DNA of 64,000 bases from an uncultured bacterium (GTDB taxonomy: Bacteria; Acidobacteriota; HRBIN11; JAKEFK01). The notes beneath the pieces are model-generated. The model was not told the DNA's origin, searched no databases, and saw only the letters and a program-made list of their open reading frames with translations. Position 1 is the stretch's first letter; each line of letters starts with the position of its first letter. The DNA lies in the NCBI GenBank assembly GCA_963777505.1, contig CAVZQN010000001.1, positions 192,001 through 256,000 on the forward strand. Reading direction: 5' to 3'. The translations under genes were made by a program, and so were the position numbers. Shown piece by piece: positions 20,180 to 29,037 of this stretch.

Positions 20180-20914
20180 ATGCAAAAGGAATACCATTCT
20201 TGGCACAGCCCTATTCTAGGGATGACGATGCCTGTTGTGGTCTATGGACATTATGGTGCGCCATTATTACTCTTCCCGACCGCAGCGGCCGACTGTGAAG
20301 AATACGAACGTTTTGGCTTAATCGATTCAATTGCCCCTCACATTAATGCCGGAAAAGTTAAGCTATATTCCATAGACAGCATTAACCGTCATAGCTGGAT
20401 GAACAAACAGATCCATCCTGCTGAACGTGCCAATCGGCAGGTACTATATGATGCGTATGTCTATCAAGAAGTTGCTCCATTTATTGAAAATCATTGTAAA
20501 TCTCCGAATATCGGAATTGGAACATCCGGTGCGAGTTTTGGTGCATTTCACTCGCTCAATACTTTGCTCAAACATCCTGATAAATTTCGCTGGACGATTG
20601 CGATGAGCGGCGCGTATGATGTCCGCAGTTTTGCCGATGGGTATTATGATGACAATATTTACTTCAATAATCCCGTAGATTATGTGCCCCAAATGATGGA
20701 TCACAATTTACTTGAACAAATCCGCCAAACAAATATCAATATTGTTACTGGTCAAGGACAATGGGAAAATCCAGATTTTTCTCGCCGGATGTCACAATCC
20801 CTCTGGGATAAAGGGATCTCGCACAATTTAGACCTTTGGGGACATGAATGGCAGCATGATTGGCCAACATGGAAAGTCATGCTTGATGTTTATTTCAAAA
20901 AATTGTTTTACTAA
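20180..20914 (+). CDS. Esterase (alpha/beta hydrolase, putative esterase family)
   Basis: GGAGGT SD; YGHYGAPLLLFPT, nucleophile GASFG, catalytic His in HDWPTW. Confidence 0.85.
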   Translation: MQKEYHSWHSPILGMTMPVVVYGHYGAPLLLFPTAAADCEEYERFGLIDSIAPHINAGKVKLYSIDSINRHSWMNKQIHPAERANRQVLYDAYVYQEVAPFIENHCKSPNIGIGTSGASFGAFHSLNTLLKHPDKFRWTIAMSGAYDVRSFADGYYDDNIYFNNPVDYVPQMMDHNLLEQIRQTNINIVTGQGQWENPDFSRRMSQSLWDKGISHNLDLWGHEWQHDWPTWKVMLDVYFKKLFY

Positions 20915-20945
20915 ACATTCTCATTTCACTAATTAGGAGTCCCTC

Positions 20946-21896
20946 ATGGCAGAACCACTAAAAGTTGGAATACTTACCGGGATGGAATGGTCCTGGCCGC
21001 CTGCATTTATAGAAGAATTAAAAAAACGCGATGAAGGTGTTGTTGCCGAATTCATAAGGCTGGGAGGCACTGAAGAAAATGCACCGATTCCATATCGTGT
21101 GATCGTTGATCGCATTTCGCACGAAGTGCCTTATTACAGATCGTATTTGAAGAATGCGGTTTTACAGGGAGTTGCCGTCATAAACGATCCATTCATGTGG
21201 ACATCGGACGACAAATACTTTGGAGCATCTCTTATTACAAAGCTGGGATTGGCCTCTCCGAAAACAATTGTGCTTCCGAACAAAGATTACATTCCAGGAA
21301 TCGATCGCAGTAAAAGTCTTCGAAATCTTGAATATCCGTTGAATTGGAATGCAATCGTTGATCACATTGGACTTCCGATGGTCCTCAAAGATGCACATGG
21401 TGGAGGCTGGAAGGAAGTTTACATTGTTCACACAATGGATGAATTATTTCGTGCCTATGATCAAAGCGGATTGTTGACAATGATTGCGCAAGAATTCATT
21501 GATTGGGATCACTACATCCGATGTATCTGCATTGGCCGTGAGGAAATTTTGCCAATTAAATACAATCCTAAAGAAAAGAAATATTACGTTGAGCATGAAC
21601 ACATGACACCGGAGCTTGGAACACGTGTGGTCAATGATGCACGTACAATTTGTCGCGCTTTCGGATACGACATGAATACTGTTGAATTTGCAGTGAGAGA
21701 TGGAGTTCCTTATGCAATTGACTTCATGAATCCAGCTCCCGATTTTGATATCTATTCACTGACTCCGTTTTACTTCGAATGGGTTATCGACAAGATGGCA
21801 GACCTCTGTATTAAGCTTGCAAAAAATGATCGCGCCACAGGCGAACGTTATGAATGGTTTAAAATGGCAAAAGATTATGAAAAAGGAAGCCGTTGA
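20946..21896 (+). CDS. RimK-like ATP-grasp amidoligase
   Basis: INDPF..DDKYF, VLKDAHGGGWK, QEFID, NTVEFAV, IDFMNPAPD. Confidence 0.85.
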   Translation: MAEPLKVGILTGMEWSWPPAFIEELKKRDEGVVAEFIRLGGTEENAPIPYRVIVDRISHEVPYYRSYLKNAVLQGVAVINDPFMWTSDDKYFGASLITKLGLASPKTIVLPNKDYIPGIDRSKSLRNLEYPLNWNAIVDHIGLPMVLKDAHGGGWKEVYIVHTMDELFRAYDQSGLLTMIAQEFIDWDHYIRCICIGREEILPIKYNPKEKKYYVEHEHMTPELGTRVVNDARTICRAFGYDMNTVEFAVRDGVPYAIDFMNPAPDFDIYSLTPFYFEWVIDKMADLCIKLAKNDRATGERYEWFKMAKDYEKGSR

Positions 21897-23232
21897 TTAT
21901 TTTCACAGTTTACTGAATGAGAAGGTGGCCGGCGAAACATATGCCGCCATGGAAACCCTCCTCAAAGAGCGAAGACTGTTTTTTGGCGGACGTCCTTTGT
22001 GCGTTGTTTTACGACCACACTTTTACACGCCTGATCAATTCGCATATTTAAAAAAAGAGACTGAAATCATTTTGGGCGCCTTTTCAAAGGCACATAATGC
22101 TGCGATGGAACAACCCCAGCTGCGAGCCGATTTTTTTCTCGAACCCTGGGAAGAAGAAATGCTGCATGTTCAAAAAGGTTCCCAGATTCCATGGACTACA
22201 TCGCGTTTGGATTCATTTTACAGTTTGGAGCACAACACCCTTCAGTTCATTGAATACAATGCTGAGACACCTGCAGGAATGGCTTACGAAGATGTTCTGG
22301 CCGAAACATTTCTTGATCTTCCTGTCATGAAGTCGTTTCAACAAAAATACAGCGTTCAACCACTGAAAGTTCGCCACCAATTGCTCGATGCATTAATGCA
22401 AACGTATTCGGATTGGCTTGGAGGTGTAACCTCTGAAAAGCCGCAAATTGCAATCGTTGATTGGGAAGATGTCCCAACACGAAATGAACATCACCTTTGT
22501 AACGAATGGTTTGGATCTCATGGTGTACGAAGTATTCTGTCATCGCCTGAAAGGCTGGTGTATCAAAATGGCCATCTCTGGGATGGTGATTTTAGAGTAG
22601 ACCTGATTTACAAAAGGGTCCTGGGTCAGGAATTGTTTCAGAAAATGGGACGCAACGATGCAATTTTTCGGGCTGTACGGGACGGCGCAGTTTGTATCTC
22701 AAATTCATTTCAAGCATTGCTGCTTTACAAAAAGTCGAGCCTTGCATTCTTGAGCGATGAAGCACATCACCATCTCTTTAATCCGGAGGAGTTGCGAGGG
22801 ATTAACGAGCACATTCCATGGACGCGTGTGGTAGCGGATAGGAATACGTACTATAATAATAGTACTATAAACCTGCTGGATTTTATCAACACAGAAAAGG
22901 ATCGTCTTGTGTTAAAGCCGAACGATTCATACGGCGGAAAGGGTGTCGTTTTGGGATGGGAAGCCACGAAAGACGAATGGGATGCAGCCATAAAAACCGC
23001 ATTGAGCGAACCTTATGTTGTCCAAACAAAAGTAAATATCGCCAGCGAAATGTATCCTTTTTTTTCTGACGGTAAGCTTTCTATTCAGCGAATGTATGTC
23101 GATGCTGACCCTTTTATTTTTATGGGCAAAACAGCCGGCGGCGTCCTGACACGGTTGTCATCCGCTGCTCTGCTCAATGTCACTGCAGGACAGGGTTCTG
23201 CTATACCTAGCTTTATTATCGAAAAAGTGTGA
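21877..23232 (+). CDS. Circularly permuted ATP-grasp ligase (glutathionylspermidine/glutathione synthase-like)
   Basis: SRLDSF, IEYNAETPAG, DLIYKR, VLKPNDSYGGKGV, YVVQ, LLNVTAG. Confidence 0.82.
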   Translation: MKKEAVDYFHSLLNEKVAGETYAAMETLLKERRLFFGGRPLCVVLRPHFYTPDQFAYLKKETEIILGAFSKAHNAAMEQPQLRADFFLEPWEEEMLHVQKGSQIPWTTSRLDSFYSLEHNTLQFIEYNAETPAGMAYEDVLAETFLDLPVMKSFQQKYSVQPLKVRHQLLDALMQTYSDWLGGVTSEKPQIAIVDWEDVPTRNEHHLCNEWFGSHGVRSILSSPERLVYQNGHLWDGDFRVDLIYKRVLGQELFQKMGRNDAIFRAVRDGAVCISNSFQALLLYKKSSLAFLSDEAHHHLFNPEELRGINEHIPWTRVVADRNTYYNNSTINLLDFINTEKDRLVLKPNDSYGGKGVVLGWEATKDEWDAAIKTALSEPYVVQTKVNIASEMYPFFSDGKLSIQRMYVDADPFIFMGKTAGGVLTRLSSAALLNVTAGQGSAIPSFIIEKV

Positions 23233-23741
23233 TAGACGCGGGCGAAGACGCGGCGTTACAAAACGGAACGAAAAATATGGAAAAATGGATAGAAGCAGAA
23301 TGGGAAATCAATCCCAACGGTTATCTTGAAATTGAATGGCGTCTGAATCCCGAAGCGCTTGAGTTCATCGAAGGCGTAGGCGACGTTCTTACGTATGGCC
23401 AGGGGGAGCGAATAGTAACACAAGGCGAAACGGGCAACGAGATGTATTTAATCCTGCAAGGAACTGTGCAAGTGATGCGGGATATCGAAGTGGGACAACA
23501 ATTCCTGGCAAAACTCGGACACAATCGTTCTTTCGGAGAAATTGCACTCTTAACTCATTCACCACGCACTGCAACTGTGATTGCAGAAACGCCTGTGCGA
23601 CTTATAAAAATCAGCAGCGAAAATATCAACCGCTTGAGTATCGAAAATCCAAGAATCGCACTCCAAATTTATCGCATTCTTGCAGAATCTCTCGCACAAA
23701 GTCTCCGCCAAACCGGTACAATTCCCAGCCAGCTTCGATAG
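23229..23741 (+). CDS. Stand-alone cyclic nucleotide-binding domain protein
   Basis: IVTQGETGNEMYLILQGTV, FGEIALLTHSPRTATV; no HTH; GTGA overlap (alternative ATG at 23277). Confidence 0.85.
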   Translation: MIDAGEDAALQNGTKNMEKWIEAEWEINPNGYLEIEWRLNPEALEFIEGVGDVLTYGQGERIVTQGETGNEMYLILQGTVQVMRDIEVGQQFLAKLGHNRSFGEIALLTHSPRTATVIAETPVRLIKISSENINRLSIENPRIALQIYRILAESLAQSLRQTGTIPSQLR

Positions 23742-23765
23742 AAAAGTTTATAATCATCAGCTTGT

Positions 23766-24732
23766 ATGAAAACATTACTCTCTTTAGTTGTCATTTTATG
23801 TTTCCCTTTTGATGCATTTACAGGGGAAATCAAAGTTCACTCCAATGGGAATTTGAAACCCATTTTGATGGAGATCAGTCATTATTTTCAGACCCGGTAT
23901 CCGGAAGGCAAAGTCATCATTGAAACTGGAAAGGTTTCAGACATTCAAGAAAAACTCGAAGCACAAGCTGTTGGCGATGTATTAATAGGCGATGAAAAAC
24001 TATTTGAGATGGCTGCTGAAATTAAGGGAATTGACAATGCGAGCCGAAGCATTTTATTTACGGATCCTGTTGTGGCAGTTGCCGATGTCGATAGTGATGT
24101 GGAATTAACTGATCCAAAGGAATTAAATGTTGATAACTTTAAGAAAATCGCCCTGACAGGAGAAAAAACTCCATTAGGAAAGCTTGTTCGTGCTTATCTA
24201 AATCCAAAGGGATTAAAAGATGCGCCGGCAGAAAAGAAAGTTGATGTTGCAGATGCAAAAGCAGCCCTGGATGCTGTAAAAATCGGTGAAGCCAAATGGA
24301 CTCTTGTCTATTCAAGCGATGCTTCCAGACGAAGACTGAAACATCTTTTTCGAGTCCCGGCTAGCGATATTCCTGAAGTTACGTTTTCAGTGGCAATCAT
24401 TAGTCATAGCAAGAATAAAGAAGAAGCCGCAAAGTTTGTTGAGGCATTGCAATCAACGATTTCGAAAAAATTCTATGAGAACGCAGGGTTTGTTGTAAAA
24501 GGATCAACTTCAGGCCCAATGTCCAGTTCAACAAAATCAAAAAAGCAAACAGAACCTCAAACTCAAACACAGACTGCGCACAAACACAGACTGCCCACAA
24601 ACACAAACCTCACCTCAAACTCAATCAAATTCGCAAGACACAACTAAGGCTGCAAAGAAAACTGAATCGGAAGAAGATCAAAAGAAGAAAAAAAAGAAGA
24701 AGAAAGACAAAGATAAAAAAGACAAAGATTAG
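23766..24732 (+). CDS. ModA-like periplasmic substrate-binding protein with low-complexity tail (frameshifted in repeat)
   Basis: Signal peptide; DVLIG, IALTGEKTPLG, VYSSDA, EAAKFVEAL..KKFYENAGF. Track ORF stops at 24647; the QTQTAP/Lys-rich tail continues to TAG at 24730-24732 after two 1-nt losses. Confidence 0.7.
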
Positions 24733-24775
24733 TGCACTCAGTGTCTCTGCGGTAAACATATCTCAGCAAAAAAGT

Positions 24776-24807
24776 TCAGCGTCCCGCTGGGAGAAGCGGG
24801 ACGCTGA
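24776..24807. terminator. Bidirectional intrinsic terminator
   Basis: TCAGCGTCCCGCT-loop-AGCGGGACGCTGA flanked by A and T runs, between convergent genes. Confidence 0.7.
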
Positions 24808-24830
24808 TTTCAAGGGAAGTGGAGGGGGAC

Positions 24831-25682
24831 CTACTTATCCTTGTTAGAAGTACTCTTATTGCGAGACGATTCTTTTCCGAAATCCTGCCCGGTTTCCTGA
24901 TTCATACCAAAACTTTCCTGATTTTTGCTTTTAACTCTAATTTGGTTTTGCACATCATGAACACCGGAAATGCTCTCTGCAAGATCTTCTGCCCTTCTTT
25001 TAGCCTGACGATTCTCTACTGTACCTTGCAAAGTCACTTCACAATTTGTGACCTGGACTTCAATCTCACTTGCATCGAGGTCTGGATCCTGAGTTAATCT
25101 TTCATTGATCTCTTCTAGAATCCTTTCATCTGAACGGCGATATCCTTTGGGACCGCGACCGGAAAAACGTCCGGTTGCCTGTTGACCAAAGGACTGTTGA
25201 TCCATCTGACCGCCTCTCCAAAGTTGATTGAATTGATTTGTTCCCTGACCAAAACTTTGCCGTTGTCCAAATCTTTGGTCTTCCAAGCCGCGATCATACT
25301 CTTCTGAATAGGGGCTAGATCCATAATTAGATTGCTTGAACTGGCGTCCCCAACGTGAAGCATCTGTTGGCTCTTGCCATGATTGATTACCACGTTCATA
25401 TTGAGGCTCGCGGCCAAAACCACGATTCTGTTCTCTGTTAAAACGTTCTTGTCCGCCAGAGCCTGACCGTTCAAAATCAGATCCCATTCCGCGATTTTCT
25501 TGACCTCCTGCATATTGCCGAGAGGGGTTCTGTGCTGCCTCAAACCAGTCGGAGTCTTCCTGATTTCTATATCTTTGTTGTCCTTCTGACCTGAAACGTT
25601 CACGATCTCTGTGAGGAAAATTGTTTTCTTGTTCCATATCGCGATCATAGGAGCGATCGCGATCGTTATGTCGATTAGCCAT
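24831..25682 (-). CDS. BON domain protein with long R/G/Q-rich disordered N-terminus
   Basis: GRGPKGYRRSDERILEEINERL..DASEIEVQV..VTLQGTV..GVHDVQNQI; AAGGAG SD. Confidence 0.9.
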   Translation of the reverse strand: MANRHNDRDRSYDRDMEQENNFPHRDRERFRSEGQQRYRNQEDSDWFEAAQNPSRQYAGGQENRGMGSDFERSGSGGQERFNREQNRGFGREPQYERGNQSWQEPTDASRWGRQFKQSNYGSSPYSEEYDRGLEDQRFGQRQSFGQGTNQFNQLWRGGQMDQQSFGQQATGRFSGRGPKGYRRSDERILEEINERLTQDPDLDASEIEVQVTNCEVTLQGTVENRQAKRRAEDLAESISGVHDVQNQIRVKSKNQESFGMNQETGQDFGKESSRNKSTSNKDK

Positions 25683-25962
25683 TTCTTATCTCCTTTTTTC
25701 TAATCCAGCCTTCCAAAAAAGACTGGGCGTTAAGTTATTAGTTAACGAGCTGAATCAGTTTTCAGGATTGCTTTTCAACGCAGGGAGAGATGTCTTTACT
25801 GTTCCTTAAAGGAAAAGGCATGACACTTCACTCTCACCGCCGAACTTTTGGGCTGATTTTCTACTTTTATATTCAGCCCTATTCCGAAAATATTCCTGAG
25901 CTTACCTTAATCAAGATCCGAAGGAATCTTGCAGGTACGATCAATAAAAGCAATCCGTCAAT

Positions 25963-26712
25963 TTAAAAAGGATTCAGCTGTTCGTGTGACCCGGTAAATT
26001 TTTCTGTCTCCATATGAGCCTTAAATGTGTGCAAATCCTCTTCGATCTGGGTCTCTGCATTTTCACCAAACAATTTTGCAAAGACAGCTCCGAGTTTTCC
26101 TGCGGGCGGAAGGTACTTCAACGTCACATCAACTTGAGTACGGTTATCATCAAGAGACTGAAAGTGGACAGAGCCCGCATGATCAACATCAGCAGAATCT
26201 AACGATTTCCATCCGATCCTTTCATTAGGCACATCATTTATGATTTCGGCATACCATTCAATTTCCATTCCAGCAGGACCTCGGACTTTCCAATGACTAT
26301 TTCTGTTATCAAGCATTCGTACACTATCAAGATGCTGCATAAAATTTGGGAGATTCTCCAGGTTCCGCCAGAATCTGTAGAGTTCAGATGCCGGCCGTTC
26401 AATAATGACTGTCTTCTCGACTCGTATTCCTGTCTCAGCAGGTACACTTGTTGCCGCTGTACCTTTTCCAGCGGTACCAATGCCCAAGGCCTTATAAATG
26501 CATGAGCGTCCCGTTGCTCCGCGATAAATCAAAGCTCCAGCGCCTAACAACGATAATGCTGTTTTTGTTCTTGATGGTTTCATCAGACCATAAACAATCA
26601 GACCGGCGCCGCTAAGTGTTGAAATTAGACGCTCGACTTTTCCTACATTTGGCGGACGATGGGCTAAACCTACTTTCTGTTCCGGCTGAAAATTACGAAA
26701 CTCTGACTGCAT
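25963..26712 (-). CDS. SRPBCC (polyketide cyclase-like) protein with N-terminal DUF2892-like membrane segment
   Basis: NVGKVERLIS, GATGRSCIYKALG; LYRFWRNLENLPNFM, SHW, IGWKS, DLHTFK. Confidence 0.88.
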   Translation of the reverse strand: MQSEFRNFQPEQKVGLAHRPPNVGKVERLISTLSGAGLIVYGLMKPSRTKTALSLLGAGALIYRGATGRSCIYKALGIGTAGKGTAATSVPAETGIRVEKTVIIERPASELYRFWRNLENLPNFMQHLDSVRMLDNRNSHWKVRGPAGMEIEWYAEIINDVPNERIGWKSLDSADVDHAGSVHFQSLDDNRTQVDVTLKYLPPAGKLGAVFAKLFGENAETQIEEDLHTFKAHMETEKFTGSHEQLNPF

Positions 26713-26915
26713 CAAAACACCTCCACTGTTTAATCAAAGAAAAATATAAACCTCCATCGGGGGTTCGCTAGTCATCAAATCTGTTTTTGTTAAGGAAATG
26801 CATTGTGTTTTGTCGTCCAAAAATTAAAAGAATGTAAATAGTATTACGACACTTGTTGACCTCTCCTAAGAAGATCCTAAATTTAAAATCAAATGTGAAG
26901 GGGGATTACTGAAAA

Positions 26916-27989
26916 ATGCCACGAACGATTCATATGAATCAAACTCCGCGTCGTTCAGCGCGAAAAGCTAGACTGCGGTACACAGCTGATTTAGAACCTG
27001 GAATTCAAAGAGTCAAAAACGGGGAGACTTTTATTTATAAATTTCCAAATGGCAAAAAAATTCGCAGCAAAGTCATTTTGGAACGCATTCAAAAGCTTGT
27101 AATTCCTCCCGCCTGGACTGATGTCTGGGTATCGCAGGATCCGAACGGACATCTTCAGGCGACGGGTCGTGATGCTCGCGGCAGAAAACAATATCGATAC
27201 CATCCAAAATGGTCAACGGTTCGTGATGAAAATAAATTCAGCCGAATTGTTTCATTTGGCAAAAAAATTCCACAGATTCGGAAATGCATTCAGGATCATC
27301 TCAGCTTATATGGATTGCCCCGCGAAAAAATCCTCGCAACCGTGGTTCAACTGCTTGAAAAAACATTGATTCGTGTAGGAAATGTTGAATATGCAAAAAC
27401 GAACAATTCCTACGGTCTTACCACAATGAAAGATAAACATGTGAAGATTTCGGGCTCTTCAATGGAATTTCAATTTCGCGGGAAAAGCGGCAAAGAAGTT
27501 AATGTTGGAATAGCAGATCCGCGTCTTGCTCGAATTGTTAAGAAATGCCAGGAACTCCCAGGTCAGCAATTGTTTCAATACATGGAAAATGGCGAACGCA
27601 AAGCAATCAGCTCATCAGATGTCAATGAATATCTCAGAAATGTTGCAGGCGAAGAATTTTCAGCCAAAGATTTTCGAACTTGGGCAGGAACTGTATTAGC
27701 TGCACTGGCACTTCAAGAGTTTGAAAGCTTTGATTCGGAGACGCAGGCGAAAAAAAATGTTGTTGAAGCCATACGGAATGTTTCAAAACGACTTGGAAAT
27801 ACGCCTGCGATTTGCAGGAAATGTTACATCCATCCTGCCGTCATGGATGCTTATTTAGATGGAGATATGGCTAAGATTTTGAAGACACGCACAGAAAAAG
27901 AACTTGTAGATAACTTAACCGACCTTTCCCCCGAAGAAGCAGCCGTACTCGCGTTTCTGGAAAAAAGGCTTCAAAAATCCGCCGCGTAA
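26916..27989 (+). CDS. Bacterial DNA topoisomerase IB
   Basis: IPPAWTDVW, GRDARGRKQYRYH, IRVGN, FRGKSGK, KDFRTW, LGNTPAICRKCY (catalytic Tyr). Confidence 0.93.
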   Translation: MPRTIHMNQTPRRSARKARLRYTADLEPGIQRVKNGETFIYKFPNGKKIRSKVILERIQKLVIPPAWTDVWVSQDPNGHLQATGRDARGRKQYRYHPKWSTVRDENKFSRIVSFGKKIPQIRKCIQDHLSLYGLPREKILATVVQLLEKTLIRVGNVEYAKTNNSYGLTTMKDKHVKISGSSMEFQFRGKSGKEVNVGIADPRLARIVKKCQELPGQQLFQYMENGERKAISSSDVNEYLRNVAGEEFSAKDFRTWAGTVLAALALQEFESFDSETQAKKNVVEAIRNVSKRLGNTPAICRKCYIHPAVMDAYLDGDMAKILKTRTEKELVDNLTDLSPEEAAVLAFLEKRLQKSAA

Positions 27990-27991
27990 CC

Positions 27992-28867
27992 TTAACGCGA
28001 ATAGGAAGAGACTCGATCTAACATCGCTTCGATCATGCTTTTCATTTCATTTGCCGATGCATGTGCGCGTCTGCCATGACCTGGTAAAACCCACTCAAAA
28101 TTGTAATCGAGAAGCTTCTGCACACTTTTCACTTGCTCGCTCCAGGAATACCAATTCATACTTTGCGAAGAATTCAAGCCTTCATATCGATCTGACCACC
28201 AGATGTGATCTCCTGTAAACAAAAAACGATTGTTATACAACAACACCATATGACCTTTGGTATGCCCTGGTGTTGGAATGATCGTTAAATCCTCACCAAG
28301 CTGAACCGGATCTTGATCTTCGATTAGGCGTTCAATCCGCGTGCGCAAACGCCCAGCATCGCCTTTATGCATAATGCGTTCCGCTTTGAAATGCTGCGCC
28401 CACAAATCGTGATCCGCAATGTCATCAATGTGAGTTAGAAAAATGTAACGGATGCCTCCAAGTTCCTCAATTCTTTTTACTAGTGGTTTTGCAAATCTCG
28501 GCGAATCAACAAGCACATTCCCTTCCGGTCGTACAATTAGATAGCTTGCAGCGCCAAAAGAACTTTCAGCAGCATAACCACAAAAATAAACTTGATCTTC
28601 AATTGGTTCTGGAAAATGATTGGCTGCTATCGCAGCAACCGGGGTATGAGGCCCGCCGATCGAAGCCGTTGGACATGTTACCAGCGCTCTGAATGCATCA
28701 AACGTTTCCTGCTCAGTTTGCGGCTGATGAAACACCGTAGATTGTTCGCCTGTTTGTTTAAATGACAACGGTGCAAGCTGACGACAAAGATCACAATCTA
28801 TACAAGTCGAATCAACAAAGAAATCGCCGGGAACATTATCAGGAAGTTTAAGAGATGCCTGAGCCAT
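27992..28867 (-). CDS. Ferredoxin-fused MBL-fold metallo-hydrolase
   Basis: CIDCDLC...CP; THIDDIADH, PGHTKGH, TGDH, LPGHG. Confidence 0.88.
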   Translation of the reverse strand: MAQASLKLPDNVPGDFFVDSTCIDCDLCRQLAPLSFKQTGEQSTVFHQPQTEQETFDAFRALVTCPTASIGGPHTPVAAIAANHFPEPIEDQVYFCGYAAESSFGAASYLIVRPEGNVLVDSPRFAKPLVKRIEELGGIRYIFLTHIDDIADHDLWAQHFKAERIMHKGDAGRLRTRIERLIEDQDPVQLGEDLTIIPTPGHTKGHMVLLYNNRFLFTGDHIWWSDRYEGLNSSQSMNWYSWSEQVKSVQKLLDYNFEWVLPGHGRRAHASANEMKSMIEAMLDRVSSYSR

Positions 28868-28913
28868 AACTAAAAAGCTAACCACAATTTAAGAAAGTTG
28901 CCACAAACAGTTT

Positions 28914-29013
28914 GTAGTAAGGCACGCAGGCTCATCCGCGAAGCGGATGAGGCAGTGCCGTTCCGTGATTTGACGGCACTGCCTCGCATTCGCTCGGCTG
29001 CGTGCCTAACTGC
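28914..29013. repeat. Nested 100-bp palindrome (REPIN-like)
   Basis: GTAGTAAGGCACGCAG...CTGCGTGCCTAACTGC enclosing CTCATCCGC-GAA-GCGGATGAG and GCAGTGCCGT...ACGGCACTGC. Confidence 0.7.
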
Positions 29014-29037
29014 GAACATTGGATTAGACTCATATCA

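Noticed and set aside
25115-25648. 177-aa alternative-frame ORF within the BON gene
   Set aside because: Shadow frame of a low-complexity coding region; no SD or motifs
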